NCBI GenBank assembly: GCA_963721125.1
Contig: CAVRHZ010000001.1
Location: 803,422 to 867,421, forward strand
Length of the DNA: 64,000 nucleotides
Reading direction: 5' to 3'
Source: an uncultured Acidobacteriaceae bacterium
GTDB taxonomy: Bacteria > Acidobacteriota > Terriglobia > Terriglobales > Acidobacteriaceae
Under the pieces are notes generated by a model. That model was given only the letters and a program-made list of their open reading frames with translations. It searched no databases and was not told the DNA's origin. Each line of letters starts with the position of its first letter. The stretch's first letter is position 1. Shown here piece by piece: positions 56,566 to 64,000 of the stretch. Made by a program: the position numbers and the translations under genes.

Positions 56566-57342
56566 TCAGTTGCTCGGCGCCGAGGAAGATTCTTCGTTGC
56601 CGTCGCCATCTTCAACCAGCACAGCGGACAACCCAACCAGGTCGTAGCTGACTGGCGTAGCGCCTGAAGGTTGGAAGGTAACACGCAGCGGCTCTCGCTG
56701 CCACTGCGCAGCCCCGCACGCGGGCGATTGGTTCTCCCCCGGGGACCATGCCGATATTTTTTTGGCCAGCACCGGCTTCCGAGCAGCAATCTGGGCAACC
56801 ACTGCATACAACTGCTTACCGCTGGTAGTGAGACCGCAGTAGGCGGCATAGTCGCGGAACCAGATCACATTGGAAACGGCGGGATCGTAATCCGGCAGAT
56901 GCAGAGCCGTGATGCTGCCCTTTACGCGATCGATCATCAACCACGGGCCACGCTGCCATATCCAATGTTCGGTCTTGTCACCAGGAAGTGAGTCGTTAAG
57001 ACGGAGAACCCGCCGGACAACGAAGCTGCGGTCTGTGATGGCGTGGGTTTCTCCGCTGGTCCATTCCTTAACCTTGTCATCGACCAGAAGAGGCCGAACC
57101 CGCAACTGCTTTTCGCCCGGCAGCGCGCCCGCCGGGTCGCCGGTTACGGAGTAAGGAACATTTTTCCCCGCGCCAATGAACACCGTGTGCGCCTTGGTTG
57201 CTGCAGAGGCATGCGGCGCCATCAACCCAAGCAACGCCAGCAGCATGTGGATGACGCGTCTGTCCCATCTCCCCCATGGCGGCAACCGGCGGGGGCGATT
57301 GCGTCCGGACAATACGAAGGAACAAGCCGGTTCCATGCTCAT
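56566..57342 (-). CDS. Secreted hypothetical protein
   Basis: 258 aa. Signal-like DRRVIHMLLALLGLMAPHASA-A, acidic C-terminal tail. No recognised motif. Confidence 0.5.
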   Translation of the reverse strand: MSMEPACSFVLSGRNRPRRLPPWGRWDRRVIHMLLALLGLMAPHASAATKAHTVFIGAGKNVPYSVTGDPAGALPGEKQLRVRPLLVDDKVKEWTSGETHAITDRSFVVRRVLRLNDSLPGDKTEHWIWQRGPWLMIDRVKGSITALHLPDYDPAVSNVIWFRDYAAYCGLTTSGKQLYAVVAQIAARKPVLAKKISAWSPGENQSPACGAAQWQREPLRVTFQPSGATPVSYDLVGLSAVLVEDGDGNEESSSAPSN

Positions 57343-57400
57343 GGGCCACCAGCTTAGGAGCGCGGGTCAGGAAATTCAAGTTAACAAACGCTTATATTTC

Positions 57401-58333
57401 TTAGTATTTCTTGCTTGGCCGGTCGGGCTCTGGTACCCGCAGCAGCAGAGCTTGCAGCGCCGTTTCCCTCCAGACCCGCTTATCTGTGCATAAGGTACGC
57501 AGCTTCCTGCTATGGCGCAGGAGCCAGATCCTGTACAGCAGCCGGTCGATGGGGTTTCCTGTGCGTTTAACAAAAAGGGTCTGCGCCCTGAGGACATTGT
57601 GGTGACGCCACGACGAAACACGTTCGAGATCCTCGTCCGACTGCTCATGCTCAAGCGAAGCGTGCATGACGTAAATGCTGAAGCCCTTCACAAAGAGAGT
57701 GTGGAAGACGGTATGGTCCAGGTAATCGAGCCAAAACTCCTTTGGAAATGCGCCGATCGACCGTAGAGCCGAAACTCTGAGCGCCGACGCGGAATTATAG
57801 ACATTGAGACGGCGCTCTTGTATTCCAATGAGGGTGTCGTAAGTGTTCGGGCTCGGACGTGAGAACTGACGTCTCAGCACGTCGATAAAGTGCGTGGCCG
57901 GCGAATACACGATCCCTTTCACCAGCAACTTAGGAACGATCGCTGCCACGCTAGTCTGGCCGTGCAACGTAGTGGCCAGGGTTACCAACTCGACCAGAAA
58001 GTCAACCGTGGGTGAGGTGTCCTGGTCGAAAAGCAGCAGCCATTCGCGCCCCTCTGACTCGGCGCGCTCCAGAGCGAGGTTATAGGCAGGCGCCAACCCG
58101 CCGTTGGCGGGATCATGGACGTAATGAATGGGGAACTCGCCAGCCACTTCGAAACTCTGCGGTTGCGGCGAATTGTCATACACAACCAACGAGAAGTGCT
58201 TCGCCAATGCAGGGTTCCCGTTGAGGATCCGGATTAGGGAAGAGAGGCTTTTGCTTTGCCAAAACTGGCAGTTGTACAGAACGATGACGGCTAGTATCGA
58301 TGCCGGCGATTGAGGAGCTTGAGTTGACGGCAT
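57401..58333 (-). CDS. Glycosyltransferase family 2
   Basis: From ATG 58333: ILAVIVLYNC, VVYDNSP, LLLFDQDT. Paralogue of 36202..37143. Confidence 0.8.
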   Translation of the reverse strand: MPSTQAPQSPASILAVIVLYNCQFWQSKSLSSLIRILNGNPALAKHFSLVVYDNSPQPQSFEVAGEFPIHYVHDPANGGLAPAYNLALERAESEGREWLLLFDQDTSPTVDFLVELVTLATTLHGQTSVAAIVPKLLVKGIVYSPATHFIDVLRRQFSRPSPNTYDTLIGIQERRLNVYNSASALRVSALRSIGAFPKEFWLDYLDHTVFHTLFVKGFSIYVMHASLEHEQSDEDLERVSSWRHHNVLRAQTLFVKRTGNPIDRLLYRIWLLRHSRKLRTLCTDKRVWRETALQALLLRVPEPDRPSKKY

Positions 58334-58368
58334 GTCATCGAGCGGAGTGCAGAAGAAAAGATCGCAAA

Positions 58369-59904
58369 CTAGGTTTGCACTACCCGCCAGTATAACAGCC
58401 GGTTGAGAACGCCCTTGAACTGGGCGCGCTCGTCGGCGGTCAAGCCAATCATCCACGCTATCGCGACGGTTAGGACGAAGCCTGCGATTAGGACTGCCGG
58501 GTTCGCTGGGAGAATAGCCTCGCGTCGCCAGAAAGGATAGAGCAGTAGCGATGGAGTAACGCATAGTAGCGGACGTAACAAGCCCACCAGAACGAACCGC
58601 CGGCGTTGGATAAGAAAGGTCGACCGGGTGTAATGCATGCTCACTCCCAGGTGAACACTCAAGCTGACGACCGCTCCCACCAGGGTACCGATGGCCACGC
58701 CGATCGCGCCGAACTTCTGTACCAGCCAGATGCTCAAACAGATGTTGACCAATGCCTCAGCGATGGCTGAAATTGTCGCCAGGTGCTGTTTTCCGGTGGC
58801 CACCACGCCAATCACATAGGGGTAGGCCAGCTGACGAATGCAGTTTCCAATCACCAGCACCTGCAGATAAACCGCACTGCGCGCGGCATACGGGCGGCCC
58901 ACCCATATGCTAAGTAGCGGATAGGCGCCGAAGAACAGCGGTAGTCCAAGCAGGCAAAGCAGCAACGTGCAATAGCGGGTTGTCTTAATACATAGTTCCC
59001 CCATGCGGGTCGGCGTACTGCCGGCTTGCATCGAAGAGAGCGCAGGGAGCATCGGCCCAAATATACTTGACACCACCGCCAGCATCACATTGGTTGCGTT
59101 GCTGGCGATGGCATAGAAACCGGTGTTTTTGTAGTTGTAGTGACCGACGATCACGGTATCGAGGCCACTGATCAGCAACATGGCAACCGTCCACAGAGAG
59201 AGCACGCTTCCGTATTTTGCGACGCGTAGAGCAGATTTTGCTTTGTACAACAGGAAGGTAAAACCGACGTGCTCCCTGGCGTAACTGCGCCAGCCTAGAT
59301 ACTGCGCCAAAGCGGCCGCGACGATGAAGCCGGCGTAAACCAGCGCCATCTGTACCAGGTCACCGTGCAGGAGCAGAAGAATGATTAGCGCCGCAGCGCT
59401 ACCGACGCGGCCGGCGACCGCCACGATGGTGATGAAGGTATATCGCTGCAGGCCGGTAAATATTGCCGCAAACGCGTTGAATGGCAGGGCAAATGCGGTC
59501 GATAGACCTACCGCAATCACACCCAGGCGAACCTCAGGTACCAGTGCGGGCGGCATCTGGTGAAATAGTTCAGGGACGTGGTTCGCAATCACCATGATTC
59601 CGACCGCGGCCAGGAGCGAGGCTCCGGCAAGAATCGTGAACGAGGTGCTTACCAGGTCGTGGCTCGCCTCCTGGTCTCCTGCCGCGTGGTGCTCGGCGAC
59701 GAACTTGCCAATTGCTGTCTGCAGACCGAAATCAAGAAGGTTGACGTAGGCGCTGAGTTGCAGGATCAATACCCAGGCGCTGTATTCTGCCTGCGACAAG
59801 CGATGCACCAGAAAGGGTGGCAGCACCAGCGAGACCAACATCGAGAGCAGCACCCGCAGCATGTTGGATGCCGACCCTTGCAGTACCTTTCGCTTTTGCG
59901 ACAT
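58369..59904 (-). CDS. wzx: Oligosaccharide flippase (Wzx / MOP superfamily)
   Basis: 511 aa, polytopic throughout. N-terminus MSQKRKVLQGSASNMLRVLLSMLVSLVLPPFLV is typical of polysaccharide-biosynthesis flippases. Confidence 0.75.
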   Translation of the reverse strand: MSQKRKVLQGSASNMLRVLLSMLVSLVLPPFLVHRLSQAEYSAWVLILQLSAYVNLLDFGLQTAIGKFVAEHHAAGDQEASHDLVSTSFTILAGASLLAAVGIMVIANHVPELFHQMPPALVPEVRLGVIAVGLSTAFALPFNAFAAIFTGLQRYTFITIVAVAGRVGSAAALIILLLLHGDLVQMALVYAGFIVAAALAQYLGWRSYAREHVGFTFLLYKAKSALRVAKYGSVLSLWTVAMLLISGLDTVIVGHYNYKNTGFYAIASNATNVMLAVVSSIFGPMLPALSSMQAGSTPTRMGELCIKTTRYCTLLLCLLGLPLFFGAYPLLSIWVGRPYAARSAVYLQVLVIGNCIRQLAYPYVIGVVATGKQHLATISAIAEALVNICLSIWLVQKFGAIGVAIGTLVGAVVSLSVHLGVSMHYTRSTFLIQRRRFVLVGLLRPLLCVTPSLLLYPFWRREAILPANPAVLIAGFVLTVAIAWMIGLTADERAQFKGVLNRLLYWRVVQT

Positions 59905-59941
59905 GTAGAGCCTGTTAGTACGGGTGATGTACCGTGGCTAC

Positions 59942-60883
59942 CTATTGCTCAAGACGTCCTGGCCGCTTGGTTGCAGTGACCTCAATGACATCCGCGATGT
60001 GAAAAGCATTTTGCAACTTTGCCGCGCCATTACACAGAAACATTGCCAGCAGGCTCGCGGTAAACCGGCCTTGCGACCTGAGCACAGCATCATGCCGGTT
60101 GAGGTACATCTGAACGCTTTCCAGAAGCGGCGTCGGATTTGTGTTGAAGACCACTTTCTTCACATCGAAGTTGTGTTTCCTCAGCATGCGGGAAAGGGTA
60201 CGAACAGAATAGCTGAATGTGTGCACCGGCAATGCCAGGTGGTGCCAATAGCGGCCGAATACTCGAGCATTGAAACTATCTCGATTGGGAACACCGATCA
60301 TCAATTTCCCCTTGTCAGCCAAAATCCGATACGCTTCGTCGAGAACTTCGTTAGGATGCTCGATATGCTCCAACGAGTGATTCATGCGTACGTAGTCAAA
60401 GGAGCGGGCGGGAAATTTAGCATCCAGTAGCGAGCCGGGAAATATATTCAATCCCTTTTCGCTCCTGCCAAAATTCGCCGCGGCAGCATTGGGTTCGACT
60501 CCCGTCACATCCCAGCCCTGATCTCTCATTTGGGAGAGGAACCAGCCGGAACCACAGCCGATATCCAACATTCTGCCTGGGTGTTCGAACTTCGGATCCT
60601 TGGTCGGATACTCCCGCAGGCCCGCGAATCTCCAGACTTTTTGCTTGAAGGTGAAGACGGGATTAGAAACTGAAAATCGATCGACGAAGGCGTAATAAGT
60701 CTTGGGATAGAAGGCCGCGAGTTCTGCTTCGTCATACATGGGATCCAGAAACGCAAGCTTGCACTGCGTGCATTGGGCCTGCGTATATTCACCTGGATTT
60801 CCGTAATGAAAATCTCTTGCGCGCAAAAGCGGTACAAACTCCTGCCCACCGCAGAGAGGGCACTCGCGAAGTCTATAACTCAT
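59942..60883 (-). CDS. Class I SAM-dependent methyltransferase with N-terminal zinc ribbon
   Basis: CPLCGG...CTQCKLAF, then MLDIGCGSGWF (motif I). Confidence 0.8.
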   Translation of the reverse strand: MSYRLRECPLCGGQEFVPLLRARDFHYGNPGEYTQAQCTQCKLAFLDPMYDEAELAAFYPKTYYAFVDRFSVSNPVFTFKQKVWRFAGLREYPTKDPKFEHPGRMLDIGCGSGWFLSQMRDQGWDVTGVEPNAAAANFGRSEKGLNIFPGSLLDAKFPARSFDYVRMNHSLEHIEHPNEVLDEAYRILADKGKLMIGVPNRDSFNARVFGRYWHHLALPVHTFSYSVRTLSRMLRKHNFDVKKVVFNTNPTPLLESVQMYLNRHDAVLRSQGRFTASLLAMFLCNGAAKLQNAFHIADVIEVTATKRPGRLEQ

Positions 60884-60934
60884 CGTCCCTACCAGTATAC
60901 CCGGCGCAATGGCGACGACTGCAGTGCGGAGCTG

Positions 60935-61945
60935 TCAGGCCGGCTTGCGTTCTTCCACCTTCATGTTCCACAAATAGACCATGATTGCCAGATTGGGCTT
61001 GAGCCCAAGGTAATAGAAGCCGTAGCGGATCAGGCTGGCTATTCGGATGACGCGGCTCCTGCTTGTATAGCAGCGTAGAAAACCCCTAAGCAGGGCCCGC
61101 TTCTTTGCCGTTAGCTCCGATCCGTGTTCATTCAGAAAGGCCCGAGCCTGTCGCTGACCAATTTCCCAGCGGAAAACGTGCCCCGCCGCGATACGGGGCC
61201 TCCGGATCCGCTCCCACCAGGATCTGGTTGGCGCCGGAACGGCCGTGCCGCCGACGTTGCTGCCCGTACCAATGACGTTGCGATCGTGCTGACGATAGAG
61301 AACTGTCTGGGCCTTCACGGGGCTCGATTTCCCCATAAATGACGCCAGCCATGAAATCCACAGATCATGCATGTACGCCTCTTCAGGCATGCGCATTGAT
61401 AGCTCAAGCAAGGGGCGATTTAACATCGCGGTACAACCCGTCACTACGTTTTGTACCATCATTTCGGAGAGCCGGTTGATACGGCCAGGATCGATGTTCA
61501 TGTAGCTCCAGAAAGACTCGTGAACTATCTTGAGCTTGTCATCGACCAGGTGAAGATCCGTAAAAACAAGCAGCGGGACCTTGGTTCCCCATCGCGACTC
61601 GAGCTGATCCATTGCCTGTTTCGTTCGACTCACCTTATCGGGCAGCCACACATCGTCCTGATCGGAAAAACAGATGTAATCCGCGGTGGCTGCTTTCATG
61701 AGGAGAAGGAAGTTGTTCTTCGGGTTCCCGGTTGCGACGCCCATAGGCATCACTCGAAAGCGGTCGGGAAACCGCGCCGCATATTGGGCTAAGATTTCGA
61801 CGGTTCCGTCGCTTGATCCATCATCCCTCGCCAGCACGCGGATATTTCCATAATCCTGCGCCAGGATAGAGTCGATTTGTTCGCGTAAAAACCGCGCGCC
61901 ATTATAGGTAGCGAGCAGAACCTCAATTTCGGGCAGACTGCTCAT
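60935..61945 (-). CDS. Glycosyltransferase family 2
   Basis: VLLATYNGARFL, RDDGSSDGT, FSDQDDVW. Confidence 0.85.
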   Translation of the reverse strand: MSSLPEIEVLLATYNGARFLREQIDSILAQDYGNIRVLARDDGSSDGTVEILAQYAARFPDRFRVMPMGVATGNPKNNFLLLMKAATADYICFSDQDDVWLPDKVSRTKQAMDQLESRWGTKVPLLVFTDLHLVDDKLKIVHESFWSYMNIDPGRINRLSEMMVQNVVTGCTAMLNRPLLELSMRMPEEAYMHDLWISWLASFMGKSSPVKAQTVLYRQHDRNVIGTGSNVGGTAVPAPTRSWWERIRRPRIAAGHVFRWEIGQRQARAFLNEHGSELTAKKRALLRGFLRCYTSRSRVIRIASLIRYGFYYLGLKPNLAIMVYLWNMKVEERKPA

Positions 61946-62091
61946 TCTCCCACCTCAAGCGAAATAATCAGTTCTGCTCTCACAGGTCGCACAGGATCCC
62001 AGAATATCTGAAAAGAAACCAGTGCTGGATCAAGGCGCCCGTGCACAAATGTTCTAGAATCGTGCCACCCGTGAGGGAAGCTGGTTATCGG

Positions 62092-63075
62092 ATGTCACTC
62101 TCCAGGCCAAACCGGATTTCAGTTGCACTATGCACCTACAATGGTGAACGATATCTCCCCCAGCAGCTAGCCAGCATTCAGCAACAGACCAGGTTGCCAG
62201 ATGAGTTGGTGGTGTGCGACGACCGGTCGACGGATCGAACGCTCGCCATGCTTGGCGAATTTGCCGCCTCGGTCTCGTTTCCCGTCGAAATCATCCGCAA
62301 CACCGAGAGCTTGGGATCCACAAAGAACTTTGAGCAGGCCATTCGGCTGTGCGGCGGAGATCTGATCGCGCTCAGCGACCAGGATGACCTCTGGTATCCC
62401 AATCGTCTTGAGCGCTCCGAGCAGGAGTTCATGGCTCATCCGCAGGCAGGTCTGGTCTTCTCTGATGCGGATGTCATCGATGAGCAAAACCGCCCCTTCG
62501 GCGCGACGCTTTGGCAGCAGCTTGGCTTTGCCGGAAAACGCAAGCATGACCTGATGGCCGGGCAATTTGTTCTTTTGGCAAAGCACAGGTTTGTAACCGG
62601 AGCCACGATGATGTTCCGCGCAACCCTGCGCGAGCGTTTTTTGCCCATAGGTGTTGGCTGGATTCATGACGAATGGATCACTCTAGTGGCCGCCGCTTTC
62701 TCTGACGTGAGGCCAATTGACCAACCCCTGATTCGCTATCGCATCCATGGCTCGCAGCAGGTTGGCTTTCAAAACAAGCTGGAGCAGCGTGCCCAGGGAA
62801 CGACACGCGCGGAAAAGCATTGGGGACGCCTGGCGGAGTCGGTGAAGGAGCTGCAGCAGATGACCGATTTTCTATCCGCAGCGGTTCAGGATGAAACGCG
62901 AGGGGTGCTGCCGGCTTACCAGCAGCACCTGCAATTTCTCTCGTTCCGCTATGGGCTGCCCCCTAGCCGCCTGGCGCGCCTGATCCCGATCCTCAGAAAC
63001 TACCCACAATACGAGATGCACGCATCGGGTGTAGCCAGCATGCTGAAAGACCTGGCACTGGCACGATCCCGATAA
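62092..63075 (+). CDS. Glycosyltransferase family 2
   Basis: ISVALCTYNGERYL, CDDRSTDRT, LSDQDDLW. Divergent paralogue of 60935..61945. Confidence 0.85.
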   Translation: MSLSRPNRISVALCTYNGERYLPQQLASIQQQTRLPDELVVCDDRSTDRTLAMLGEFAASVSFPVEIIRNTESLGSTKNFEQAIRLCGGDLIALSDQDDLWYPNRLERSEQEFMAHPQAGLVFSDADVIDEQNRPFGATLWQQLGFAGKRKHDLMAGQFVLLAKHRFVTGATMMFRATLRERFLPIGVGWIHDEWITLVAAAFSDVRPIDQPLIRYRIHGSQQVGFQNKLEQRAQGTTRAEKHWGRLAESVKELQQMTDFLSAAVQDETRGVLPAYQQHLQFLSFRYGLPPSRLARLIPILRNYPQYEMHASGVASMLKDLALARSR

Positions 63076-63092
63076 CACTGCGCGTTCTCCCG

Positions 63093-64000
63093 CTAATCGA
63101 TCAGGGCGATTTTGGCGCGCTTACCCACCCGCACGGCAATGCGTGCCGGGCGCCGCTCTACCCGTATGAGCTTTTCTGTGGAGGTGACGCCATCAATGCT
63201 CACTCCTGCGCTCACCTGCCGGTCTGCATCCGTGCGCGAGCTCTTCAGCCCGAGTTCAACCAGCAACTTGGCAACGTCAATGTGCACGGCCTGAGCACTG
63301 TCCTGAACTGCTCGCTCCGTCGCATCGGCATCCGCCCTGATCACTCGCCTAAGATCGACTTTCGTCTCATCGGCAATGGCAGAGAGATCCCGCTGCTGGA
63401 ATTGCCTGCTCCAGTCCTCATCCGCCTGCCGTGCGACCTCCTGCGAGTAAAACCCGGCAACGATGGTCCGCGCCAGCGCCTTCTTGGCCTCCATGGGGTG
63501 CAGTGTGCCGCTCGAAACCTCCGCCTGCATGCGTTCGACTTCGCTCTGCTTCAGGTCGGTAAGCAGCAGCCAGTACCGCCACATCAGTTCGTCGGAGATG
63601 GACATCAGCTTGCCGTACATCTCTGGGGCCGGCTCATGGATGCCGATCGCGTTGCCCAGGGACTTCGACATCTTCTGCACGCCATCCAAACCCTCGATGA
63701 TGGGCGTCATCAAGACGATTTGCGAAGGTTGCTGATAATGCCTTTGCAACTCGCGTCCAATAAGCAGGTTGAATTTCTGGTCTGTGCCGCCCAGTTCTAC
63801 ATCCGCGTGTAGAGCGACGGAATCGTAGCCTTGCGCCAGCGGATAGAGCATCTCATGCAGAGAAATCGGCTGTTCGTTGTTGAACCGGCGATGGAATTCC
63901 TCGCGTTCGAGCATCTGCGAGACCGTAAACCGCGAGGCCAGGCGAATAATGCCTTCGAATCCGAGCGTCGATAGCCACTCCGAGTTGAAGCGAACCTCAG
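63093..64000 (-). CDS. tyrS: Tyrosyl-tRNA synthetase, 3' part (5' end outside the window)
   Basis: ...[35 protein letters not shown]..., [19 protein letters not shown], and a C-terminal S4-like domain. The reading frame stays open to nt 64000. Confidence 0.9.
   Translation of the reverse strand, partial: EVRFNSEWLSTLGFEGIIRLASRFTVSQMLEREEFHRRFNNEQPISLHEMLYPLAQGYDSVALHADVELGGTDQKFNLLIGRELQRHYQQPSQIVLMTPIIEGLDGVQKMSKSLGNAIGIHEPAPEMYGKLMSISDELMWRYWLLLTDLKQSEVERMQAEVSSGTLHPMEAKKALARTIVAGFYSQEVARQADEDWSRQFQQRDLSAIADETKVDLRRVIRADADATERAVQDSAQAVHIDVAKLLVELGLKSSRTDADRQVSAGVSIDGVTSTEKLIRVERRPARIAVRVGKRAKIALID

Overview
The window looks like chromosomal DNA from a Terriglobia-type acidobacterium. This is an inference from high-GC coding, MacB-like permeases, a fused ACIII-caa3 respiratory supercluster, and short intergenic repeat families (GGGTGCCCC-hairpin, GTCATCCCGACCGGAGCG) that read like acidobacterial repeat peptides. 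Left to right: 3' end of a surface-protein gene; RNase P RNA with a terminator; two MacB/FtsX permease genes, the first damaged. Then a GT21 (ceramide-glucosyltransferase/HpnI-like) gene convergent with an ArnT/PMT-like GT-C gene; a Rieske oxygenase; a GH57 glycoside hydrolase and an AlkA-like glycosylase. From 12.7 to 26.5 kb lies one block: actABCDEF (Alternative Complex III), a 221-aa unknown, SCO, and coxB-coxA-coxC-coxIV (caa3 type). coxA is split by a 1-nt frameshift. A class II CPD photolyase follows. A roughly 35-kb glycan (EPS/O-antigen-like, Wzx/Wzy-type) island comes in two blocks, 28.5-50.7 kb and 55.1-63.1 kb. The blocks are separated by gatC, gatA and an FmdE-like gene. gatC and gatA are themselves split by a polytopic membrane-protein gene. 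Its diverged paralogue lies inverted about 2.3 kb downstream, and both share an identical TATAAT-N5-ATG (leaderless-looking) start region. The window ends in a partial tyrS. No rRNA, tRNA, CRISPR array, transposase, integrase or recognisable defence system was seen. The main second-look items are the gatC/gatA split with the inverted paralogues, the unusual content of the glycan island, a Q/N-rich Wza-like protein, repeat hairpins inserted inside the respiratory operon, and recurrent 1-nt frame disruptions that may be assembly errors or real decay. All coordinates of motifs were counted by hand. No database search was possible.
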